Origin: Eremomyces bilateralis CBS 781.70
Taxonomy: Eukaryota
Assembly (NCBI GenBank): GCA_010015585.1
Contig: ML975150.1
Strand: one strand, 5' to 3'
Length of the DNA stretch: 64,000 nucleotides
The number at the start of each line of letters is the position of its first letter. Positions within the stretch are counted from its first letter, which is position 1. Made by a program: the position numbers and the translations under genes. This document shows positions 1 to 10,851 of the stretch, in pieces. The notes beneath the pieces are model-generated. The model searched no databases. It had not been told where the DNA came from and saw nothing but the letters and a program-made list of their open reading frames with translations.

Positions 1-2511
1 TGTGGTCATTCCCCAATCGATTGCTCTGGAGAGTTCTCACATCAATGTCTCCCTCTCAGCCTCAAGAATGAAGCCAATCCGTGTAGCCTACTGAGTACTG
101 TCAACTCTCAACACAACCCAAGTCGATCACGCCTAGGATAATATTAATAACCCGAACATTGTTGAGAGACTTGCTGCGCACTGCATGAGGTTGGGTGGAT
201 CCTCAGCAAAAAGATTCAACCGCGCTCTGACTAACTAACAATCAAATCATTCGCAATTGCGAACACTCCAACAGAACAAAGCACAATTAAGGAATATTTG
301 ACGCCACCGACAGATCCACTCTGGTTCGACCGTTCGAGTGTTCTGACTACGACTTCTATCCGCATGTGAAAGGTGTCGAATACTGGGTCCAACTTGATAT
401 CTTCGCCAATTGTCCAAGTATCTCTACCCAGACCTGCCTCCAAGCCCCAAGGCATCTAGGCCTTGCCACCACTGAGTCCATGTTCCATCACGACATCAGT
501 CGATAATCAGGCCAAGCACCAAATCCAAAATGTTGAATGCCCGTGCTGCCTTGACAGCGGCCCACTATCCTTCCCGGTTGGTATCAACCTCCGTTAATCC
601 ATCCTCCGAGCCAATCCAGCCACTGCGTGAATCCGATTCTGGCAGCTCGCTAAGCCGAAGCATGTACGCAGAACTATAGTAAGTGCATGGACGGAATCCA
701 TCGAACAGCAACAGGAATAGTATTACCTAGTCAATCATGCATTCGGCGAGAACCCTTTGCTTCATGTATCACATGTCGATCCCAACCTACCGGTTCGAGG
801 ATTTTCGTCCAAACCATCAGGCGAATTAATTAGTCGCTTCTGCACGTCATCGCGTAGGCGGGTCCAAACCCGATGCTTCATAACCGCGACGTGAAATCTC
901 CACCAGCGCCAATGCCTCGCGCCTGGAGGGTCGCCGTTCCGCGGTATGTCGGCGCCGCTCAATGGGATGTCCGTCGACACCGAATTTACTGATATCCAAC
1001 CCTCCGCAGCCCATCCTCGATCGTCGTCCGGGATCCCCAATGCGATGCGACGTGCCATTCTCACGGCACTATCCCGTCCAGCACCGACGGTGTCAGGGAA
1101 GCTTCCCGATGATGGCACGACACGACCACTGTGGGATTGTGCAATCTACCACCCGCGGGCATTTGTTGGAGTGCCGTTACTCTCAATCCTGACGCCCAGG
1201 GCTGGAGAGTGCAGGAATCCGAGCCGTATCGCGCTTGGCGAAGCGGGGACGAGGCGACAGGAGGGAGCCGGTGGCTCCGAGGGTCAGATTGAGCGAGTAG
1301 GAGCCTAAGAGGGCGGAACATGGAGGGATTCCGACCGGGTGGTTGTGTCACGGTATTAAGTGAACCACTTAGGGGCTGGTCGGGGAGGGTCGACACTCGA
1401 CACGATGGCAGCCGTTGAGCGAGGCGTTTGACGCAGATTGTTTGCATCACCGTACTTATGATGCAGCCAATTGATGGGACGGTGATACAGTGAGGATGGG
1501 AGGACAGGCGCGGGGTATCAACGGTTCTCAGACACGCTGTGGGCGTATTGTTGCGTCCTAGCTGCTTGCGTGATTCGTCCTTTACACTCTACACCGTACG
1601 ACAAGTCCTGCCATTCTCTAGAGGCGAAACTTTACTCGAACGGAACATGAAACCCTGATATCAGTGGTTGATGGAACCGGATGCGCTCCCTACCGCCTAT
1701 CCGTAAGCAGAATCCAACAAGGAAGCTTATCGGAGCAATTGGACGCAGGAGAGGCAGCCCGGGCGATTGCAGATCGAGTGGTTCCCTTACGCATCAAGGC
1801 AGTCTGCACACTCGTTACACGTACGACGGTCGGAAATGGGAGGGATAGTGATAAACGATTGATGGAGGGGAGTGGATGAGGATGGAGGATGGAGGAGGAC
1901 CACCTTTATGTCACAAGGGATGTTCAGGGAGGGGAGCAGGGCTGAACCAGCAATTCAGAATCCACCGTAGAAAATCGATCTTCACATGTGAAAAAGGACG
2001 CCACCCCAGTCGTCGAGGCTTCGTCACCTCTCAGCAACAAAAGCTCAAATCGCCATGATTTGCGAATAGGCCCCTCAACAGAATAACAGAAATTCCCACC
2101 GTTGCCTCCTGCCTGATTATCCCGTGGTATTTATGTCCTATCTAATGAACACTATTTCTGCTTCTTCCTGTACCTTCTTCCAAGCTTCTCAGAGCCTCTT
2201 CATCCTTCCAAACCAGCAATCGCACTCCCTGTAGTAAGTGTTGATCTCCTTATCACTTATCAGTCCCTCAATACGACAGTCACCCCACCAACACAATTGT
2301 GCTCTCTCTGACCTGCCAACTTTTCCATGTCGCACCAAGGAGGAAGGGTTATCTGCCGTCCTTACCTTTGTAATCTTTTGCAAGCCCATTATACCACCGC
2401 CTTTATCCCACCCCAGACAACGTGGAAGCTCGCAGTTACTGACCTGTCCTCCATTCAGTATCCTTACCTAAGTGCCACCGAGCCACTTAACCTTCATACC
2501 TCTCCAGAACG

Positions 2512-3147
2512 ATGCCGCACGCTGAGAACGAAACCATGAACGAGAAGCCCCTGACCAACGGCGAAAAGCCATCGTCGCAGTTCCTCTCCGTAAGTCTCTC
2601 CTCCAGCTCATCTCCGTATCATACGATCCAGCTAACACGATGCGGCCAATAGCACCTCCAATCCTACCCCGTGGTCTCCGACAGCTTCTCCACCTACAAA
2701 TCCCACCCCTGGGGCGCCAAGTCCGTCGACCTCGCCAGCTCCACCTACGAGAAAAGCTGGCCCTACCTGCAGGGACCGTTCCGCTATATCGCGCCGTACG
2801 TCTCCCAGATCGACCAGCTTGCCGACCACGGCCTCACCCGCGTCGACTCGACCTTCCCCCAGGTGAAGACCCCCACCGACGACATCAAGGCCGGCGTCCG
2901 CGGCTACGTCGGGTATGTCGGGTATCCAGTCGCGCTCGTCGGGAAGGGGAAGGAGTATCTGTACGCCACCTGGGGCGACGAGTATCAGAAGACGGGCGAG
3001 GAGAAGAGCCTCGTGCATTTCGCGAAGGCGGTCGTGAGCACCGAGTTGAAGGTGGCGGGCGACGTGCTGGCGTTCGCGAAGGAGTGGGTGCAGCATGTGG
3101 GGAAGGAAGCGAAGTCGAAGGCGGACGGCGCGGCTAATAGCCGGTAA
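2512..3147 (+). CDS. CAP20: CAP20/Mpl1 perilipin-like lipid droplet protein (exons 2512-2589, 2653-3147)
   Basis: Spliced product MPHAENETMNEKPLTNGEKPSSQFLS|HLQSYPVVSDSFSTYKSHPWGAKS...; GTAAGT donor at 2590, GCTAAC branch, TAG acceptor at 2652. The SSxFLSHLxSYPVVSD motif matches recalled fungal CAP20/MPL1 proteins. Confidence 0.85.
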
Positions 3148-4340
3148 GTGGACGGTCGAAGGAGTCTGCGGTGGGCGGTCGACGGTGGAGGTTGCGCGGT
3201 GAAGACCGGCGCACGATGTCGATGGCGGGTCCATGGGGACGTTTTCCCTTCGAGATGGTTAACGACGGTGTTCGAAGTCATACCCTAGAGAATGCGGAGT
3301 TCTCCCGCAGAGTTCGGGACGGGCGATGATGGGACGAAACGAGGCCTTGGAAAGAGTAGGAACGTGGATGTCGACAGGAGGAAGCTGGTTGATGAGGAAG
3401 AGACCTTTTCCGACAATTTGGCGGGTGTGCTATCGCATAAAAGCATGGCTGAGTCAAGGAAAATACAATACACCATGGCATATATCGCTATGGCGGACCT
3501 AGGAGGTTTGATGAGGATGTTTCGATTTTGGAGTCTTGCTTCGCTTTCATTTGGCCCTTCGATCGCCATCCGAGCTCATTTTTAGAATCCTTTGTCTGTT
3601 GAGAGGCCCTATCTCACATGTATCTCCTACTCGATTTTATTAGTTATGAATAGACGGACGGTATCTGGCTTCTTCTGCATTGTTCCCTTGTGAGACCGAA
3701 TGCTTGAACTTCCATTTACCAACAGTTTTCGGGTGAATTGAGAGCTACACAAGGCTCGCGTTTGTTGAACAGAGAAGACATCGGGTAGAGGTATTACTAT
3801 TTCCGGTCTCCCAGACTTCCAACAGCAAGCTGGCAGTAAAGTTGACGGCGATAGTGACGGATGAACTGTGGTTTTGTTTCCTACGACTTAAAACCCTCGG
3901 CAATATCGTGACTTGGGTTGCCAAGCCAATTATTCGTGGATCCGATTGGCCAGAACGCGGCTCTTGACCCCCTTAGGGACAACTTCGACATCAAGCCAGC
4001 AACTTGGAGCATACTACTCCGTACCAGGTACTATTTAATACCGTGTTATGGACTAGATGAAATATCCAACCACTGCGGAAATAAGGCTCTGTCCGATGGA
4101 AGTTTCTATAAAATTACCGGACAGTCGAGGGAAGGCATTATAGAGGAGACCACACAGTCGGTTGAAACTTGAAGGACCTAGCACTTGCTATCATTTGGAC
4201 TCGATGAGAATAGCTCATTTATGATAGCTTAGTTTAGAAGCAGCTTTCTGGGGGGGTATAAAGCTTTTAAAGGGTATGAATGGATAAAGGGTGGCGCTTG
4301 ATACCCTCAATTCTCCATTCATTGATCATCCTGTCGTACA

Positions 4341-6733
4341 TCATCCAAACCCTGTTCCCACCGGCCTCGCCCCGGAGAGATTGATGACCGTTCCCGGCCC
4401 GACCTGCCCACCAAACGCTGCAAACGGTCCTCGCCCCCCATGGTCGAACGCACTCTTCTGCTCTTTCTTCCATCCAGGGACGTCATCCAACTCCAACCTC
4501 CCCTCAAACGTCTCCCACGGTGGCGGAAACCCCGCCGCCAACGCCCCCTTCTGCCGCGCGCCCGTGATCGCAAACCGCAGCTGCCGATGGCTCACGAACC
4601 CGTTCAACAGCCCCATCTCGATCATGTTCGCGAACAGCGACTCCACCTCCATCATATCCGGCAACGGCGGTTCCGCCCGCCATCCACTGCCCTCCTCTTC
4701 CAGCTCCTCGATGCCCTGAAAATCCGGGTCGACGTACCGCGCCTCCGCAGGCGTCTCGTCGCCCATGAAGATCCAGTTCGTGTGCCGCTTCCCGGGGCCG
4801 CCGTCGAGCACGCTCAGCGGGGTCAGGATGCGCCGCTCCATCCACTGCCACAGATGCAGTACGTATTCGAGGTCGAGAGTCGGGGCGATGCGGCGGTCTG
4901 CGTCGCCCATGTTGCCGGCAAGGAGGAAGGTGCGGCGGATCAGCGTGCGGAGGAGGAGGGTTTCCGCCTTGCTTTGGATGGGGAGGAGGATGCGGAAGTG
5001 GAGGAACCAGGCGGCGTGCGGGGACTGGAAGGAGGTGACAGAGCGGAAGGTTTGGAGGTCGCCGAGTTTGATTGTGCGGATGATGGGGTTGAAGCGGTCA
5101 GCGAGTCCGACGGCTTCTTCGCGGGAGAGGAGGGCGGCGCTGGGGAAGCGGCCGAGGAGGAGGTTGGCAGTGATAAGATAGATTAGGCAGAGGCGTCGTT
5201 GGCGGGGGAAGGTGATGGGGCACAGCCGGTAAGCTTCGTTGAGGCACTGAGACGAATGATAGTAATGCCCGTTTTGGAATTGGTAACGGCCAAGGTAATA
5301 GAGGTATGTGACGCGGTCTTGTCGAGGGTAAATAGCAAGCGGTGGCGATTGCTTGTATATGTTGGTGAAGATGTGCTCCGCGTTCCGCGTCTTATTACAC
5401 TGTAAAGTAACTTAGCGGTGGATCTCATAGACACATGAGAAAGAAAGATGTTACCTGGAACAGGATCTTGAGGCAAACGTTTGCGATAGTGTAGATCCCG
5501 ACCTTTTTTCCTTCCGGCTTGCCAGGTTTCGCCCCGAATGTCGACGAAGTTCGATCGGCCAGGCACGTCTTGAACGCGGCGACAAGAATATTGGCGGCCC
5601 TTTCGGGCAGCGTCTCTTGCGCACCATCATCGTCGCCCGCGGGTTGCGCCAGGTGAGCGATCAGTTCCGGTTTCTTATCAAGGCCGATGGCAAGCCTCGC
5701 CAGCACCTTAGAGTAACTGACGATAGTGGGAAGGACAATGACGCCCATGCTCGGGTGGTTCAATGCCGCGGTGCATTTTCTAAGCCGTCATTAGCTTTCA
5801 AATGTAGGAAAAGACTCGAGTCGGCGCATACTGTACAACGTCACTGAGTAGATCGTACGTATCCAGGAGGTTCTGCAAATTGACATCCCGGAGGAAGCCA
5901 AGATACGGCACGATGAACTTGATGAAGGTCGTCCAGGGCGACCCGTCGATGCCATGGCGCGCAGCCGACAGCAGAGCCGTGACTTTCTGCTCTAATGCGT
6001 CCTCATTGCCCTTTGGGAACCTCTGTCGGACTTCAGAGATCATCTTTTGATAGATCTCGCCGTACGGAGGTTCGATGATCAGGTAGCTCGCCAGCTTGGC
6101 GCCATCTCCGTTCTGGACAATCGCGTTGACCTCTTTCAAGAATAAATCCAAAGTGTTCGTGGAGAACGCCATCTTGACTTGCTCTTCCACTGCTTCGTCG
6201 GTGGACGGTATTCTTCCCAGCTTCCTCGATTCCTTCTCTTTCAAAAGAATGCCGGAGAGGGTTGGAATCCAGACTCTTGCGGTTTCGGGCGAGATATGTA
6301 CGAGGTCGGAATGGCCGAAATGTCCCTTGAGCGTCGCGCTGAGTGCAGCAAAGATAACATCATCTTCTAGCAGAGGCTCGGTCGCAGTATTGAGCGTCTT
6401 CAGTCCTGCTACAAGAACTTCGAGGGTGCTTGGATCATTTTGATAGAGCTTCTGAAGTTGGCTGACCGAGGGACTCCGAGCTTTTTTTGGATGACCAACA
6501 CTCGCCCGTTTCTTCGAGACCGACTTGGGGCTTGGTGACGGCGTTGATACGGCGGGTGAATGGATTGAATATATATAGTGCTGAAATTGGGCCTTCTTCC
6601 CTTTCCATCGCGACTTGAGGCGAGTTGGTGTCGATGCCAAATTCTGGAGAATCTTATTGGACGTCTTCTTTCGCGGAGACTCTCCAGACCCACTTTTCAC
6701 TTTCTTTGCCTTGACTTCACCTTCTTCCATCAT
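4341..6733 (-). CDS. PCI-domain protein, Csn12/Thp1/PCID2 family (introns 5780-5831, 5400-5454). Family-like start at ATG 6172; upstream in-frame ATG at 6733.
   Basis: Spliced frame joins three ORFs. Contains KKVGIYTIANVCLKILFQ|CNKTRNAEHIF and RVTYLYYLGRYQF, typical of Csn12/PCID2, plus a winged-helix-like EVESLFANMIEMGLLNGFVSH. Confidence 0.85.
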
Positions 6734-7093
6734 GAATTGATAATTATATGAATTGATATTCGTTGCGGTAGGGAATGTCTTAGATTCACAAATTATTCAC
6801 CTGCAATTGGATTTCGGGATAGCTCTCTCAGAGTCATTGTCTTACTACGTGTAAAACCAAATAAGGGGGGTTGCGGTATACAACATCGCGATCCTAAACG
6901 GATATTCGCGTCGCCGGGAATGTGTATTAAATCCCTTGCTTAAATCCCAACATCTCGTTTGCATTGCCCACCAGAATAACAAGAGAAGATGCTTCCGGAC
7001 TCCATGCTGCCCGGTCGAGATAACGTTGAACAATTCCGGGATATCATGTACCCTACAGAGGCCCCGAGCCAACAACATATTCGGCGAATAGTC

Positions 7094-8161
7094 CTATTTC
7101 CGCACCCTCATCACCTTCCTCTTCTTCCTCTCCCAAGCGTCGCCTGCATCGGCTCCATTCGGCCCTATGTCATCAATCTTCCGTCTCCGACTTTTCCCCA
7201 GCGCCCCCCGATCTTCGTCTTTGCGTTGGGTCAACTTTTCGATCCGCTCCACGCCCCTGCTCAGTTCCGTCCACTCCTCGCCACCGAAGCCCATCCGCTC
7301 CTTCTTCGTCTTGTCCTTCTTGTTCTGCATCGGCAACCGAACAAGGTTGGTCTCCTCGTATTTTCGCCGCTCCCCCTCCTCCTTGCGTTCCTTGGCTGAT
7401 TGCATGTGACGTCCGCCGGCACGGATCGTCGATCCGATCGATGGCTCGGCAAGCGGAGCAATGGAGAGCTCGCCGGCCACGAATTCGTCAAGAGTGGCCG
7501 ACTTTTTCGGGGCACGATCCGCACGTTCTTTTCTCGATTCAGTGGTTGGGAGAGCGGTGGGGGCGATGCGTGGCGGCTTATATAGCCCACTGGAGTCGTC
7601 TTTTCCACGGGGAGCGTCATGAGCAGCAGGTATCCTAGGCTTGACGAAAGCTGCAGGGTTGGGACGAAATGAGAGGTCATCAATCTTCTCTCCAGTAACG
7701 GTATCGGATTCGCTTTCGGAGCCAGAGCCACTTCCGGATCCTTCAGCACTCGCGTCGCTAGCCCTTCGTGCGGAAGTTCCTTTTCGTTTTTTCGAAGATG
7801 CATTTTTTTGCGCGTCCAGCCGCGCTGCTTCATCCGCAGCCTGGACGACTTTGTCGATCTGGTACTTCAGACGCCCCTCTAGTGGTCGCACTCCTCGTTC
7901 CAGAAATATGCGTAACTCAACCAGCTTGTCGATAATTTGATTTCCAAGCTCTTCTTCTTCCTGGTCACGCAGATTCCGGAGCTTGATATAGATCAGGAAT
8001 ACCAAGTTTTGCATATAGGAGAGGAAAAGGTCCGTCTTGACGTCCAACAGGGACATCCCATCCTTTGAAGGAAGGACATCGTTTGGCTCTGGTAAAGCAT
8101 CCTTGGTGGACTCGAGCGAAGTCTTCAATGATGACAAAAGAGCCGAGATTGAATCAGCCAT
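7094..8161 (-). CDS. LCP5: U3 snoRNP protein Lcp5/neuroguidin (Sas10/Utp3/C1D family)
   Basis: Intronless 355-aa ORF with GMSLLDVKTDLFLSY, LVELRIFLERGVRPLEGRLKYQIDKVV, GLYKPPRIAP and RRKYEETNLVRLP. Confidence 0.9.
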   Translation of the reverse strand: MADSISALLSSLKTSLESTKDALPEPNDVLPSKDGMSLLDVKTDLFLSYMQNLVFLIYIKLRNLRDQEEEELGNQIIDKLVELRIFLERGVRPLEGRLKYQIDKVVQAADEAARLDAQKNASSKKRKGTSARRASDASAEGSGSGSGSESESDTVTGEKIDDLSFRPNPAAFVKPRIPAAHDAPRGKDDSSGLYKPPRIAPTALPTTESRKERADRAPKKSATLDEFVAGELSIAPLAEPSIGSTIRAGGRHMQSAKERKEEGERRKYEETNLVRLPMQNKKDKTKKERMGFGGEEWTELSRGVERIEKLTQRKDEDRGALGKSRRRKIDDIGPNGADAGDAWERKKRKVMRVRK

Positions 8162-8480
8162 AATTGAATAAACAATGGCTTGATTTCATTCGAGGTGTTC
8201 AATCCTATGGATGTAGAGGAAGATCAAAAAGTTCGCAGCCAATATGAAATTCCAGCCCAGCAAAGAATTGGAGTTTTCAAGATTTCACGGTGGTCAGGGG
8301 TCCCTGCTGTGGCTGAACAGATGTGGCTGAATAGACTCCACATCACGTGAACTCTTCCCAGCCGATGGAGCCACACACCACCAAAAATTGAACGTCAAGT
8401 GAGATCCATCCCGATATTCCATTCCAATCCTTCCCACGCAACACCTCCGCAATAACCACCGGCTGCCGAACTCAGTCAAA

Positions 8481-9264
8481 ATGGTCAGTACTCTGGATTT
8501 CCTATGTCGCGATTATAGCCTTTACCATCGCCAAATCGACGGTCGACCGGGAATCTACGGACACAGGATATGCGAATCGGAGTCGAGCTATCGAACCCCA
8601 ACAACGTCTCACAAATGAAGTCTGCCCAGGCATACGGAATGGGAGCGTTGAATCCGATATATTTGATCATATCATCGGCGACGAAGATGCTGAGGCGATT
8701 CGAGATGGGCGACTCCGCAATCCTGTTCCGACGAATTTCCCGGCACCGACCTCGAAACATTGGATAATGGACCGAATCTCGAATACATTGCTCTTGCAGA
8801 TTGAAGGATTATACTGATGCACTGGCGCTTTAGGTGAACATTCCGAAGACAAGACGCACCTACTGCAAGGGCCGGGACTGCAAGAAGCACACCCAGCACA
8901 AGGTCACACAGTACAAAGCCGGCAAGGTACGCGGTCCCCACGCGTTTGTGAACCTGATCCAGGACTGACGAGAATCTCCGCAGGCCTCGCAATTCGCCCA
9001 GGGAAAGCGCCGATACGACCGCAAGCAGTCGGGATACGGTGGTCAAACGAAGCCCGTCTTCCACAAGAAAGCCAAGACTACGAAGAAGGTCGTGTTGAGA
9101 TTGGAGTGCACGGCATGCAAGACGAAGGCGCAGCTGTCGCTGAAGCGCTGCAAGCACTTCGAATTGGGGTATGTCGGGCCCGTCCTCGCGAGATTTTCAC
9201 GTTTGCTGACCCGGTGCGCTGCAGTGGTGACAAGAAGACGAAGGGTGCGGCGCTGGTCTTCTAA
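8481..9264 (+). CDS. RPL42: 60S ribosomal protein eL42 (L44/L42); exons 8481-8483, 8834-8926, 8984-9168, 9225-9264
   Basis: Spliced [74 protein letters not shown]...[21 protein letters not shown], essentially canonical eL42. Confidence 0.97.
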
Positions 9265-9461
9265 GCATGACGGTTCATTTGACTGTACGTTTCGCACGGC
9301 TGGGATTTCATGGCGGCGTGGATATGCATTACATGGTGCCTGGTTCGCAATGACGAGCCAAGAACTTAACATCATAAAAATGAGAGTCAATTCATGAGCG
9401 CTCAACTGTCAATATAGCACGGTGCTCGTCGTCATGTTCTTAATTCCCCTCCCCGTGTTCA

Positions 9462-10169
9462 CTATATCGGAAGCCCAGGTTCCCTCACAAGACCACTCCT
9501 CATAAATCCGTTCTTCCTGAACAATCCCAAGTTCAACGGCCACTTGTCCCCCATCCAGGTCGACAGTTGCGTATGATCTCGTTCCTCGTTTCCTTGCAGC
9601 GTATTCGGGTGAATCAGTGCCGACAGCGGACCGCGATTGATCACCAACCACGGGATGAAGGCGCCAAACTGCTGCGGCGTGAACAGATTGACTTCGAACA
9701 TACCGACAGGGTGTGGTCCGACGGGCTTATCGAAGAGCTTGTAGATCCGAAGCTCGGGAACTGGTTGAGGATCAGCAAATAGGCTCCCCATGGTAGAGAA
9801 GGTATATGTTCTTGAAGTCAGGGGAAGGAAAAGAGCGATATGGGTGACTCACATTCTCGTCGGATCCGTTCGTGGAGCTCGCGAGCGAACTTCACCTCAT
9901 CCTCGGATGTATGTAGAAAGTAAATGTGAATATCAAATCCTCCGCGTTTGCCGTTCGTTATAGGATCGGCGAAACGATCGTACGCTTGGGATGGCCGAGC
10001 TACCGGTGGATTGACGTAGGATTTCCCATCCTCCAGGTTGATCTCACTTCGGCGACGTTAGCATCGTCCTAGGAAACTTGTTTCGTTCCAGTGCTTACTT
10101 GGGAAGGTCTGGTAGATTTCTGAAGCCTTCCAGAGGGGAAGGATAGGTATAAAGGGAGGGGTCCGCCAT
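9462..10169 (-). CDS. DOPA 4,5-dioxygenase family protein (3 exons)
   Basis: Spliced MADPSLYTYPSPLEG...GGFDIHIYF...FARELHERIRRE|FPELRIYKLFDKPVGPHPVGMFEV...LSALIHPNT...RDHT, which are characteristic DOPA_dioxygen motifs. Confidence 0.88.
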
Positions 10170-10676
10170 GATTTTGCAGGTAGGTATACAATTGGAGAGG
10201 AGGGAAAATATGTTTGCTTAATTGCTTGGGTACGGATATTTAATTACCAGTACACATTTATGAGACCGAGATTGTCGGTTATTATATTCCAGTCGAGCAT
10301 TCACTGTTACCTGTCGGCGCATGAGGTCATGGAGTAGACGTGATGGTTGGGCTGACGAATACTATTTCTTAGCTGCTTAGAAAGCGCGGAATTTAGAAGC
10401 AGAACACGCTAGGGAGGAACGGACAACAGTAATACTCAAAACCTCAATCATTTCATATACGGCCGATCTCAACAAATGGCTGAAGCTCCTGATATGGTAT
10501 TAGATGCCAACCGACAAAATCGCATGTAAATAATTCGTAAAAGCGCTATCATGAAAGTGGGAAATCTCCGATGCGCCCCCGTCCATGCTACCGGGCATCC
10601 CAATATCCATTAATTCTGAACGAGCAACCACAAATTAGCAAAGAAAGCAACCTATCTTCATAAGTCTGTACCAAAG

Positions 10677-10705
10677 CACGGACAAGCCCACGGACAAGCC
10701 CACGG
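10677..10705. repeat. 12-nt tandem repeat (CACGGACAAGCC) x2.4 downstream of the F-box gene
   Basis: Read directly from the sequence. Confidence 0.8.
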
Positions 10706-10851
10706 GAAACTCGACCTATTCACTATCCCGATGTCCTATCCATCCTTGGTGTCAGTGGTCCCTCCGGCCTTGCATAGGGATGGTTCCCACCCACCGGTAC
10801 AGGCTCTAACAAAGTCGTCAACGCGTTAGCCATCCACCCACCTCCTAGCAT

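Noticed and set aside
1..2400. Short ORFs on both strands, including 231-455 (-) followed by an intron-like sequence
   Set aside because: No recognisable motifs or coherent gene model; could be intergenic DNA or a heavily decayed gene.
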